DNA of 64,000 nt, taken from contig CBDCWC010000003.1 of assembly GCA_965223295.1 (NCBI GenBank), forward strand, positions 1,344,001-1,408,000, written 5' to 3'. The notes under the pieces are model-generated. The model was not told the origin of the DNA. It was given only the letters and a program-made list of their open reading frames with translations, and made no database searches. Positions 32,987-42,516 of the stretch are shown in pieces. Position 1 is the stretch's first letter; every line of letters begins with the position of its first letter. This DNA comes from Nitrospirales bacterium (lineage in GTDB: Bacteria > Nitrospirota > Nitrospiria > Nitrospirales > UBA8639). Position numbers and translations under genes: made by a program.

Positions 32987-34367
32987 ATCCCTTCCGGTTC
33001 TCAATTCACTTTTAGATAATTTGTCATCATTAGGGGCAAATGCGGTCTCGCGTTTCGAATCGTTGCGACCGGGGCCCGGAATTGATGCACCTGGCGATGG
33101 GCGGACGGTCGATGATTTCAAGCCGTACCTTATTGCCCTGAATCTCACCAGTCGATGTAATCTGAAATGTGATCATTGCTATCTGGATGCCACCACGAAA
33201 ATGAGTGGCGGGCAGGATGAGCTTTCCACGGAAGAATGTTTCCGTTTGATTGATCAAATCGCCGAAGTGAATCGTGGAAGTCTTCTGGTGATCACCGGCG
33301 GTGAACCGTTAGTACGCCCTGATATTTTGGATATTGCTCGCCACGCGGTAAAGCAGCAGTTTATGGTGGTGTTTGGAACTAATGGCATGTTGATTGACGA
33401 TGCCATGGCGAAGGAAATGGTAGACATCGGGGTGATGGGAGTAGGTATCAGCATCGATTCGCTGGACCCGGACAAGCATAATGCGTTTCGAGGGTTGCCA
33501 CATGCTTGGGAGGGCGCGTTGGCAGGTATCGAAGCCTGTAAGCGTAATGGCCTGCAATTTCAGGTGCATTTCAGTGCTCAACCCATGAATTATCAAGAAT
33601 TACCGTCTGTCATTGATTGGTCCCATAATCTTGGCGCCAAGGTGCTGAACGTATTCTTCATGGTGTGTACGGGGCGCGGTGAAGAGCTGACGGATATTAC
33701 GCCGTCTCAATATGAAGAAGTCTTAAGCTATTTGATTGAATCTCAAGATAAATACCAAGATATGTTGGTGCGGGCGAGATGTGCACCACATTTCAAGCGG
33801 CTAGCTTATGAAAAGGATCCGAATTCTCCGATTACAAAAGCCCAAGGTTATATGGGAGGCGGTTGTCTTGCAGGAACCAACTACGCTCGAGTGACTCCGA
33901 ATGGTGATTTGACGCCATGTCCATATATGCCTCTATCCGCTGGAAATGTGCGAGATAAGAGTTTTGTGGATTTGTGGGAAAAGTCAGAAATTTTTGATTC
34001 ATTTCGATACCCGCACTTAAAAGGTAAATGCGGGGATTGTGAATACAGTGAAATTTGCGGGGGATGTCGAGCGCGGCCGTATGTGGATCATGGCGATTGG
34101 ATGGATGAAGATGAATGGTGTCTGTATACTCCTAAAGGTGGCGACAAGATTCAGGTAGCCTTTAATGTCCCAGAAGCATCGTCTATTGAATGGGATCAAG
34201 CTTCTGAGGAACGGTTAGGCCGAATCCCGTACTTTTTGCGGGCCATGGTGAAAAAAGGTGTGGAACGTCATGCAGCGGAACAGGGGATATCAGTTATCAC
34301 CATCGAATTAATGGAAGAACTTCGCAAGCGTCGGTTTGGCAACGAAAAGCCCGTCTTTAAGTTCTAA
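32979..34367 (+). CDS. Radical SAM/SPASM protein (AhbC/AhbD/NirJ-like) with C-terminal PCP_red domain
   Basis: CNLKCDHC, TGGEP, CLAG...PCP...CGDC...CGGCRAR; C-terminal WDQASEERLGRIPYFLRAMVKKGVE; overlaps the upstream gene. Confidence 0.88.
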   Translation: MGKSLPVLNSLLDNLSSLGANAVSRFESLRPGPGIDAPGDGRTVDDFKPYLIALNLTSRCNLKCDHCYLDATTKMSGGQDELSTEECFRLIDQIAEVNRGSLLVITGGEPLVRPDILDIARHAVKQQFMVVFGTNGMLIDDAMAKEMVDIGVMGVGISIDSLDPDKHNAFRGLPHAWEGALAGIEACKRNGLQFQVHFSAQPMNYQELPSVIDWSHNLGAKVLNVFFMVCTGRGEELTDITPSQYEEVLSYLIESQDKYQDMLVRARCAPHFKRLAYEKDPNSPITKAQGYMGGGCLAGTNYARVTPNGDLTPCPYMPLSAGNVRDKSFVDLWEKSEIFDSFRYPHLKGKCGDCEYSEICGGCRARPYVDHGDWMDEDEWCLYTPKGGDKIQVAFNVPEASSIEWDQASEERLGRIPYFLRAMVKKGVERHAAEQGISVITIELMEELRKRRFGNEKPVFKF

Positions 34368-34894
34368 TGGAATCCCTTCTTGGGGTCCTTACTGACCTCA
34401 ACCAACTCATCCCCATATTGGTGCATTGGTTGCACTTGCTCTCCGCCGTTGTGTGGATTGGGGGCCTCGCCTTTCTGGTTATGGCCGTCACCCCTTGTCT
34501 AAAAACAACCGTTCCCAAAGAATATATCAAACCCATATCGGAAACCTTTTATAAGCAATACAAACGCGTGGTGGGAATGCTCTTAGTCGTCATTCTCTTT
34601 ACCGGTGGGGCAAATCTCCATTATGTGAGTCAAGGGATGATCATGGCGACTGGGGAAGGTGTCGCTCACCATGCGAAATATCTCACTGTTTTTTTTATCA
34701 AGTTGTTTCTAGTGCTCGGTGTATTGACCATTTTCCTTTACACAATAATTTTTCAAAATGACCCCACGGGTCATGAAGATGAAGAAGAGTTAGAAGAAAT
34801 GGCTGTTGAGCCTGTACCTTTTCAGCGGGTGGGCTTGTGGATGGGTGTGTTTATCATTCTCTGCGCCGCTGCAATGAAACATCTTCATACCTGA
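34367..34894 (+). CDS. CopD/DUF4149-like four-helix membrane protein
   Basis: HWLHLLSAVVWIGG motif and ~4 hydrophobic segments; TAATG coupling to the upstream gene. Confidence 0.7.
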   Translation: MESLLGVLTDLNQLIPILVHWLHLLSAVVWIGGLAFLVMAVTPCLKTTVPKEYIKPISETFYKQYKRVVGMLLVVILFTGGANLHYVSQGMIMATGEGVAHHAKYLTVFFIKLFLVLGVLTIFLYTIIFQNDPTGHEDEEELEEMAVEPVPFQRVGLWMGVFIILCAAAMKHLHT

Positions 34895-34909
34895 TAAGAG
34901 AATCGAGAC

Positions 34910-35794
34910 ATGTTCGATCTGCCGTTTGGTTGTAGACAATTAGGCGCAACAAAAATACTGCTGCTTCTCTTGGTAGTCCTTTTTGGAGAAGGCCAAACTG
35001 CCTGGGCAAATACTCCCGGCGATGTAGATGATCCAGAAACTGTTATTCGAATGATTGTCAAAGCCAATGCAGAAATGGATATGAAGACTCTTGAAAGGTA
35101 TATGGCTGCTGATGATGATACGGTGGGATATACCATAGGTGGTCGAAAATACATTGGATGGAAAGATGTTGAACAAGCCTTCAAGGAAGAATTTTCCATG
35201 CTTAGTGGCTTAACCATCGATATCTTAGATCTGAAAGTCTGGCAGAAAGGTGAAGTTGCTTGGTTCGCTATGGAAATTGATTACAACCGGGAGGTAGAAA
35301 CGTCTGATGGCTCAGTAAGAAAAACATGGCCTTTGCGAGACACAGGTGTGTTAAATCGTCGGGATGGTGCCTGGATGTTAGTCAATTGGCATGAGTCTAT
35401 GCGCGAACCCGTCAAACCATTGTCAGTAGCACAACAAGCATTGGCACCCAAGGCCGAAACCAATCTTGTCGAAGTCGATCTTACTGGAGAATGGGAGATA
35501 CAAGAAGAAGATAAGGCCTACCAAGCTACGCTTGATGCGAAGGGTAATGGTCCATATACTTGGCAGGAAGGGCGGCTCCAAACTGAGAAAGTCGCTAACC
35601 GCCTCTGGTCAGGAACATGGCATCAAAAAGGCAATGACCGAGAAGGAGGCTTTGAAGTTCTGTTATCAGAAGACGGAAATACAGCAGAAGGCGTGTGGTG
35701 GTATTTGCGAGTTGGGACTCAAGAAAATATCCCACCTCGAGAATGGGGTGGCACATACAAAATCAAGCGTTTGTCGTCTTCCTCCACTCCTTAA
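34910..35794 (+). CDS. Secreted SnoaL/NTF2-like domain protein with second beta-rich domain
   Basis: Signal peptide; YIGWKDV...GEVAW...RDTGVL...WMLVNWHES NTF2-like pattern. Confidence 0.7.
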   Translation: MFDLPFGCRQLGATKILLLLLVVLFGEGQTAWANTPGDVDDPETVIRMIVKANAEMDMKTLERYMAADDDTVGYTIGGRKYIGWKDVEQAFKEEFSMLSGLTIDILDLKVWQKGEVAWFAMEIDYNREVETSDGSVRKTWPLRDTGVLNRRDGAWMLVNWHESMREPVKPLSVAQQALAPKAETNLVEVDLTGEWEIQEEDKAYQATLDAKGNGPYTWQEGRLQTEKVANRLWSGTWHQKGNDREGGFEVLLSEDGNTAEGVWWYLRVGTQENIPPREWGGTYKIKRLSSSSTP

Positions 35795-35992
35795 CCAATT
35801 GGATGCAAGTCTAAGTTGTAGAGTATTTTCCTCCTGCAAATCTGTCGTTTCATCTGTAATTGAGAGCAAACCCTCATCAGGGTGTGGGTCTCGGTCTACC
35901 TCCGCTATTTCCTGAAGATTATGGGCCTGTTGATTGATGATGATATCAACGGCCACATTTCGTCTCTGTGACGTCACATGTCAGAGGCCTCA

Positions 35993-36110
35993 GTCTGTTC
36001 GAAAAAGTCCGTTCAGCAAGGCCGCAGCCATTTTTGCGCGCGGAGCGTACTGGTCTTACGTGAGCACGGAAAAGGGCGAGAACGCCGCTGGCGGCTTTTT
36101 TCAACAGACC
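35993..36110 (+). mobile_element. MITE-like hairpin repeat, copy D
   Basis: gtctgttcgaaaaag...cttttttcaacagacc. Confidence 0.82.
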
Positions 36111-36302
36111 CATTATGAATCTTCACAAAACACACGTATTCCTGTTCAACAGCATAAATTTTCAGTGAAAATTTCTCATTCGTTCGGGGAATGGTTTGTC
36201 ACCTTTGGGTCAATTATCGTGTGGAGCATGTTGCGTTCAAAGACTTAGTGCCGACGACAAGTTTCGTTTTTGGCCATTCTTACAAACAGGAGGAAGTTAT
36301 CA

Positions 36303-36635
36303 ATGAAAGAATCACGTTATTCCAAAATTATGGCTCATTCTGTACGAAGTATGAAAGCGGCTGCTCTTCTGAGTTGTGTGTTATTCATGGGGGCTCAAAC
36401 AGTTTGGGCCGGAGCGCCAAGTGATTCCATGCAGAGTGATAGACAGGTGGTTGAGCAACAACGGGTTGAAAAGAATATTCCTGGTTCTTACCACTATCAA
36501 TCAGAATATGAAATGACGAAAGATGAAGAGGGCACGTATCGCTCCACCTATGAAAGCCGGAAAAATGAATGGTTTTGCTGTCTCAATTGGTTTTCCTCAA
36601 AAGATGAAACATCCACTGACTCCGAGAAATCCTAA
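36303..36635 (+). CDS. Small secreted hypothetical protein
   Basis: aggagg RBS, signal-like stretch ending VWA-G, downstream terminator. Confidence 0.65.
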   Translation: MKESRYSKIMAHSVRSMKAAALLSCVLFMGAQTVWAGAPSDSMQSDRQVVEQQRVEKNIPGSYHYQSEYEMTKDEEGTYRSTYESRKNEWFCCLNWFSSKDETSTDSEKS

Positions 36636-36662
36636 GGTATTTTCTGATAAATTTTGCTATAC

Positions 36663-36697
36663 GAAAGGCGGCCTGTCCCATGGACAGCCGCCTTTTA
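36663..36697 (+). terminator. Rho-independent terminator
   Basis: aaaggcggc-ctgtcc-cat-ggacag-ccgcctttt. Confidence 0.8.
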
Positions 36698-36836
36698 CGC
36701 TTCTCCTCTAAACACTCCTTAAAGCATTGACCTTGTTCGTCGATTCCTGAAACAGAGATTTGCTACAGTGTGGAGTGCAAGGATTTGCCGGTTTAACTTC
36801 TTTTGCCTATTAGTCCTTACGGTATCGTCTTTGTTT

Positions 36837-38264
36837 ATGGTTCGAGCATCACAATCTCGAGTACGTCCCAAACGGTCAAGGAATGGCCAGGCTTCAACAG
36901 CAGAGCCTCTCCCTTTGGAATTTCCAAATGCTGAGAATGTTAAAGGTCTAGTGGCAGATAAACCCATAGTGGTCATAGTGGGCCGACCGAATGTCGGTAA
37001 ATCTACCTTGTTTAACCGGATTGTGGGGCACCGTACTGCCATTGTCGATGATGTGTCCGGGGTCACACGTGACCGGAATATGGCGGAATGTGACTATCAA
37101 AATCGCATGTTCACGTTAGTGGATACAGGGGGCTTAGACCTTCATGCCGAAGACGTCATTGTCTCCCAAATAAAAGAGCAAACCCAAATGGCAATGGCCG
37201 AAGCGGACCTAGTCATTGCTGTGATGGATGGCCGTGTCGGTCTCTCTCCGTTGGATGCTGAACTAGCTGAGCTCTTGCGTCCAGTTGCCAAGCCGGTATT
37301 CCTGGCAATCAATAAAATTGATACGCCGAAATCCGAACCCCTTCTTGCAGATTTTTATAAGTTGGGGCTGAAAGATATCTACCCAATTTCTGCTGAAGGC
37401 GGTATGGGTGTAGATGAACTACTTGAAGCCATCATGCCCTATCTGCCTACCGTTCCAGAGGAATCAGGCCAACTTGATATTCCCCGTATCGCCGTCGTAG
37501 GACGGCCTAATGTTGGAAAATCCACCTTGGTGAATGCCATATTGGGCGAACAACGTCTCATCGTGAGCGATGTTCCCGGGACCACCCGCGATCCCATCGA
37601 CTCTCTGCTCACGCGTGATGGCCAACGCTATATTTTTACTGATACGGCTGGCATTCGCAGGCGAGGGCGTATTGATCGAGGGATTGAAGGCTACAGTGTG
37701 TTGCGCGCCATGCGGGCCTTGGGTCGGTCCGATGTGGCTGTCTTGGTATTAGATGGAATTGAAGGCGTGACGGAGCAAGATACCAAAATTGCTGGATTGA
37801 TCAATAAACAAGGCCGTGGATGCGTCATGTTGGTGAACAAATGGGATGTGCGTGAAGATGACGCTGATGCACACCCTGCTTATAGTCTTGCGCTCTCTCG
37901 TCGATTTCCGTTTTTTGCGCACGTCCCCGTGCTGTTTGGCTCGGCCGTACAATCTGAAACGCTTCCGCGTTTGTTTTCGAAAATTGATCAGGTGGTTGGG
38001 TTTTTTAGTAAACGAGTTCAGACACGGAAGCTAAATGTGTTTTTCCAGCATCTCCTCGAAAAAAACCCAATTTCTCTTCGTCGTGGGAATCACAAGAAGT
38101 CCATGTTCATCACACAGGTCGCGACGAAACCGCCAACATTTGCCTTATTTGTGAAAGGTGCCGAGAAAATCCCTGCCTCGTACCTTCGCTATTTAGAAAA
38201 TGCCATCCGAGCTGAATACGGCTTTCAAGGCATCCCCATAAAAATTTTATTGCGAGGCAAGTGA
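36837..38264 (+). CDS. der: Ribosome biogenesis GTPase Der (EngA)
   Basis: Two GRPNVGKST P-loops, DTGG/DTAG, NKID/NKWD and a KH-like C-terminus; start uncertain. Confidence 0.96.
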   Translation: MVRASQSRVRPKRSRNGQASTAEPLPLEFPNAENVKGLVADKPIVVIVGRPNVGKSTLFNRIVGHRTAIVDDVSGVTRDRNMAECDYQNRMFTLVDTGGLDLHAEDVIVSQIKEQTQMAMAEADLVIAVMDGRVGLSPLDAELAELLRPVAKPVFLAINKIDTPKSEPLLADFYKLGLKDIYPISAEGGMGVDELLEAIMPYLPTVPEESGQLDIPRIAVVGRPNVGKSTLVNAILGEQRLIVSDVPGTTRDPIDSLLTRDGQRYIFTDTAGIRRRGRIDRGIEGYSVLRAMRALGRSDVAVLVLDGIEGVTEQDTKIAGLINKQGRGCVMLVNKWDVREDDADAHPAYSLALSRRFPFFAHVPVLFGSAVQSETLPRLFSKIDQVVGFFSKRVQTRKLNVFFQHLLEKNPISLRRGNHKKSMFITQVATKPPTFALFVKGAEKIPASYLRYLENAIRAEYGFQGIPIKILLRGK

Positions 38265-38659
38265 GTGAAATGAGAGAAAACTGGATACAGCAATGTTGGG
38301 TAGCTTTTCTTGTCTTGCTTCTAACGAGCTTCTTAGGTAATTGGAGCATAGTCTTCGCCGATGAGGAAATCGAGGTATCTTCTCAACCGGATATTGAGGA
38401 AGGGCGTGAGATCTACGAGGCACATTGCTTGACTTGTCATGGAGCCCAGGGCCATGGAGACGAGTCCCGCGCCCCGACCCTTGTGCCTTCCCCAGGCAAT
38501 CTTGTCTCTAAAGCTACCGTGATGAAAACCGATGATGAGCTGTTTGCAATTATCACGAAAGGTATTCCCGACACCGCTATGCAGGGGTGGAAAGATCAAT
38601 TGTCCATCGATGATCGTCGCAACGTCCTCGCCTACCTCCGGTCTCTTGCTTTTCCATAA
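38261..38659 (+). CDS. Periplasmic monoheme cytochrome c
   Basis: Signal peptide, CLTCH heme motif, distal Met in TAMQGW. Confidence 0.9.
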   Translation: MSEMRENWIQQCWVAFLVLLLTSFLGNWSIVFADEEIEVSSQPDIEEGREIYEAHCLTCHGAQGHGDESRAPTLVPSPGNLVSKATVMKTDDELFAIITKGIPDTAMQGWKDQLSIDDRRNVLAYLRSLAFP

Positions 38660-38725
38660 AACCTTTAGACCAGTTTTTAGGGATCAGACTCGAATTAATT
38701 AACAGAGAGGATGGGTCCCAAAACG

Positions 38726-40093
38726 TTACATTTGGCTTAAGGCACGGAAATATTCCACGAAGGCATGCATACCGCCAGAGGCTTGCCCCCAATCAAAGTA
38801 TTCATTTGGCGCGTGGTAGCCATGTTCGGGGAGACTCAATCCCATAAATAAGATCGGCACGTTCCAGGCACGTTGTAAGGTGGCTACGGCTCCAATTGAT
38901 CCACCTTCCCTGACAAACACTGGGCGTCGGCCGAACCCCGTTTCAACGGCATCTTTCAGGGCTTCGGCATACGGTCCTTCGGAAATTCCGCGAAAGGGTT
39001 CCAGAGCTCCGTCATTGATCACTTCGATATCCGGATTGCGCTCACGGAGATGCTTTTTCAAGAGACGGAAAATCTTTTGAGGATTCTGATTGGGAACGAG
39101 CCGCATACTGACCTTCAGTTCGCCCCAAGCCGGTACAATGGTTTTCACACCAGGTCCGGTATGTCCGCCTGTTAAGCCATGTATTTCAAAGGTCGGCGAA
39201 GCCCAGATGCGTTTGAGCAACTCTTTGGGATCAGATGTACGTAATGAACGGAGTTGATAGGCTTCTTTGAACTTCCTGACTTGAAAGCCTGAAGCCACAA
39301 AGTCTTTCAATTCTGTCCGGGTAGGCGGCACGACATCATCATAGAATCCTGGGATCTTCACCCGTCCGGTTTTCGCATCCACACAGGAGTAACCGGCATC
39401 ACATAATTCCGCCAAGGGATTACGAGCCCCTCCGCCGGTGAGGCCTGAATGAATATCAGTTTCCCCTGTGCGAAGAAGGAGGCGGGCTCCCAATAATCCA
39501 CGGAGTCCACATGACAGAGCCGGCCGATTTTTCGCGACCCAAATCGTATCAGAGATCAACACCGAATCAGAAGGAGGGACACTTTTTCGCTGCTGCAGGA
39601 CTTGCAAAAAGTTGGGGCTGCCAATTTCTTCCTCTAATTCCCAGAGCACGCGTATATTCAGTGGAATACCAGCTTCTCGGGCAAATCTAGCCGCAAACAA
39701 TGCCGTAAGTGCAGGGCCTTTATCGTCCGTGGCGCCTCGCCCACAATATTTGTCGCCGTCTTTGTGAAAGGCAAATGGGGACTGTCGCCACTCCGGTTCT
39801 AAAGCAGTCTGGACATCTAGATGGTTATAAATAGTGACGGAGGGATATTTTCGGCCGGCCCACCATTCGCCGACAACACTGGGATAGCCTTTGGTTTTGA
39901 CAATCCTCGCTCTGGCACCGAAGTGTCCTAAGTAGTCTTCAGCCAATTTAGCCATCTTTTGCATATCCGATGCGTGGGCAGCGTCAGAGCTTACGGATGG
40001 TGTTTCCACCATGTGAGCTAACATATCTTCAAAATGAGGACGCTGGTCTCGAATGTAATTACGAATATGGGAGTTCGGAAAAGACATGTGCAA
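38726..40093 (-). CDS. M20 family metallopeptidase (dipeptidase-like)
   Basis: YNHLDV, GRGATDDKG, EEEIGS and HAPNE motifs. Confidence 0.92.
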   Translation of the reverse strand: MHMSFPNSHIRNYIRDQRPHFEDMLAHMVETPSVSSDAAHASDMQKMAKLAEDYLGHFGARARIVKTKGYPSVVGEWWAGRKYPSVTIYNHLDVQTALEPEWRQSPFAFHKDGDKYCGRGATDDKGPALTALFAARFAREAGIPLNIRVLWELEEEIGSPNFLQVLQQRKSVPPSDSVLISDTIWVAKNRPALSCGLRGLLGARLLLRTGETDIHSGLTGGGARNPLAELCDAGYSCVDAKTGRVKIPGFYDDVVPPTRTELKDFVASGFQVRKFKEAYQLRSLRTSDPKELLKRIWASPTFEIHGLTGGHTGPGVKTIVPAWGELKVSMRLVPNQNPQKIFRLLKKHLRERNPDIEVINDGALEPFRGISEGPYAEALKDAVETGFGRRPVFVREGGSIGAVATLQRAWNVPILFMGLSLPEHGYHAPNEYFDWGQASGGMHAFVEYFRALSQM

Positions 40094-40198
40094 CCCATTC
40101 TTGCTAATTGACGTTCAGAATAATGCTAGTGGTTTGAGGCGGCTTAAGCTAAGAAATTCTGGACTAGACAATTCTCCAGGATAGTAAATTCTCTTGGT

Positions 40199-41323
40199 TC
40201 AACCTACTGAAAACGGCACTGGAGCAAATGTTACAACAAAAATACACAAGGCAGCCCAGGCCACGAATTGACGCGTTTTCCCCAGCCCCTGATAGGGGTT
40301 TGTCACAGGGGGATGGGCTAGCCCGACCATGGCTGACATCCCAACCCATAGAATCCATCCCGGCCAACCAGTAAAACCCAGATAGAGAAGGACCGGTACG
40401 GTGGCATAGGCTAACTGCCGTTGATGTTGACCAAGAACCGCAAATGCGACATGTCCTCCATCGAGTTGACCTAAGGGTAGCAGATTGATCGCGGTGACGA
40501 AAAATCCAAACCAGGCTGCAAAGGCAATTGGGTGTAATACCAAATCGTGTGTAGTCGGAATAGGTCCAAACATAAGCCAGGCAAATCCTTGCAAGAGGAG
40601 TGGTTCACCGAGTTGGAGGCCGAAAGCATGCTCTTTGGGGACAATATAAGAAAATGAGAGTCCGATAATGGCGGCGATAACTGCAGCGATAAATCCAGCG
40701 ATCGGGCCAGCCACGCCGATATCAAATAACGCTCGTCGCTGCATAATCGGGGAGCGCATGCGGATGACCGCGCCAAAGGTTCCGATGAACTGTGGAGGAC
40801 CGGGGATAAAGAGCGGAAATGAAGCTGGCACCCGATGGATGCGCGATAATGCATAATGCCCAAATTCATGCGTTACTAAAATGCCCAAGAGAGTGACTGC
40901 GAAAGGCAAACCGTTTAACAACGAAGCTGGATATTTCGTGAGAAAATCCCACGCCCCTGTCGCTGGTTTGGTGTTCACCTGATACGCCCCAGCCCATAAG
41001 GTCGTAAAAACTGTGATACCGAAAAGCAAAATGGGTAAACCCGAAGCAGAAAATGTATTTGGTGGCGCGAGGGTGTCCCGATAGGATTGGAATTCAGGTT
41101 GGTCGTTATCCTGAGGGGGTGGTTTTGATAGCCAGTCAATGCGATGAGGAGTCTTCCTCATGTGTTTTTGAATAGCATCCTCTTTGGTTATTGGTTTGAT
41201 AAGGGAACCAGAGGGCGTGTCTTCTGAGGAATCTGATATTGCTGGATCGGAGGGGGGAGAAGTTTGAGAGCTTGAGGGTTGATTACTCGATGGCTGTGGG
41301 TGTTTTGGGGCTGAGTGGTCCAT
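40199..41323 (-). CDS. Site-2 protease (M50 family)
   Basis: HEFGH, AGP and NLLPLGQLDGGH motifs. Confidence 0.92.
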   Translation of the reverse strand: MDHSAPKHPQPSSNQPSSSQTSPPSDPAISDSSEDTPSGSLIKPITKEDAIQKHMRKTPHRIDWLSKPPPQDNDQPEFQSYRDTLAPPNTFSASGLPILLFGITVFTTLWAGAYQVNTKPATGAWDFLTKYPASLLNGLPFAVTLLGILVTHEFGHYALSRIHRVPASFPLFIPGPPQFIGTFGAVIRMRSPIMQRRALFDIGVAGPIAGFIAAVIAAIIGLSFSYIVPKEHAFGLQLGEPLLLQGFAWLMFGPIPTTHDLVLHPIAFAAWFGFFVTAINLLPLGQLDGGHVAFAVLGQHQRQLAYATVPVLLYLGFTGWPGWILWVGMSAMVGLAHPPVTNPYQGLGKTRQFVAWAALCIFVVTFAPVPFSVG

Positions 41324-41375
41324 GAGTTATGATTATCTCATGGATTCGCAAGTGGATCTAGTTACGGACCGTTCC

Positions 41376-42227
41376 TTATCCAAATGGATTGTGTGTTTGT
41401 TCTTCTTCCACGGTTGTTGAAGGCCCATGACCGGGAAATAAGACGGTATCCTTCGAGAGATGTAACACGGTCTGCCGGACAGACTTAAGGTGTTGTGGAT
41501 ACAACGAAAAAGGATTGGATCGTCCAACCGATCCAGAAAACAGGGTGTCGCCCACAAAACAAAGTCCTTGACCTTTTCGTGTTGTGAGATAGCAAAACCC
41601 GCCAGGAGTATGCCCAGGAGTGGCTAAGCATTCAACTGTCAGTTCTCCCAGAGCTATTATCTGATGGTTAGTCGGAATCTTCAATGAGGCCGGGTCGGGC
41701 TTCCAAGGAAGTAAATCGAAGTCTCCGTTGCCAAGATACACCGGTACCGACCATTCCGACAAAATCTTGTCTAAGCCCCCAGCATGATCGGCATGGCCAT
41801 GAGTCAAAGCCACACCAATGAGCGTTAATTCTCGTTCTTGTATGGTCTGTAACATCTTTGACGCATTGTACCCCGTATCTATCATGAGGGTTTGTTTCGT
41901 GTCTGGATCGGTCAGTAGATAGCCTTTCACTTCATATCCACCAATATCGCCATAAATTGTTTCCACTAAACCTTCTTCAGTCGTCCAATCCGGCTGAGGA
42001 GAAGGGACCCATCCGTCCAATGTGATGGCTACTAGAGAATGAAGGCGTAAATGCAGGGCCTGGCTGATGCTTTGAATTTCCGACTTGGTTGGTACGCGAG
42101 CACCCTTTTCGAGGTTTTCCAAGTCTGAAGACTCGATTTGGGTGAGTTCCGCCAAAGCTGCCAAACTATGCTCTTGTCCAAAGCGGGCTTTCTTAAGAAT
42201 ATCGCAAAATTCGTCTTCTAAACTCAT
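41376..42227 (-). CDS. Metallo-beta-lactamase-fold hydrolase with N-terminal XRE-like HTH
   Basis: THGHADH, TPGHT, GDTLF and PGHG motifs; N-terminal LAALAELTQI...LENLEKG helix-turn-helix. Confidence 0.85.
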   Translation of the reverse strand: MSLEDEFCDILKKARFGQEHSLAALAELTQIESSDLENLEKGARVPTKSEIQSISQALHLRLHSLVAITLDGWVPSPQPDWTTEEGLVETIYGDIGGYEVKGYLLTDPDTKQTLMIDTGYNASKMLQTIQERELTLIGVALTHGHADHAGGLDKILSEWSVPVYLGNGDFDLLPWKPDPASLKIPTNHQIIALGELTVECLATPGHTPGGFCYLTTRKGQGLCFVGDTLFSGSVGRSNPFSLYPQHLKSVRQTVLHLSKDTVLFPGHGPSTTVEEEQTHNPFG

Positions 42228-42516
42228 AAGGTCCTCAATGCTTTGCGGTTACCGATTTGAGAATAGCTCATTGAGCGAGATACCATATAACCAAAAAGAG
42301 GTGTCTAGGGAAAGGGGGCCTTCATTCCAGGGAATGTCGAATCGTATCCTCTTCTAGACATGACTAGAAGAATATGTACAATTGATCAAGTTTCCAGGAT
42401 GTTGAACCCTGCACGGCAACCTTCACTGTTTCCGATAATACCAGAAGGCCTTTGGGGGCAGTTGTGCTAAAAATTGTCTCCGTTTTCACAGTTCAGTTTA
42501 ACTTTGCGTAGATTTT

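Noticed and set aside
36569-36590. WFCC motif shared by the small proteins at 36303 and 12912
   Set aside because: A four-residue match with no surrounding similarity; likely chance.
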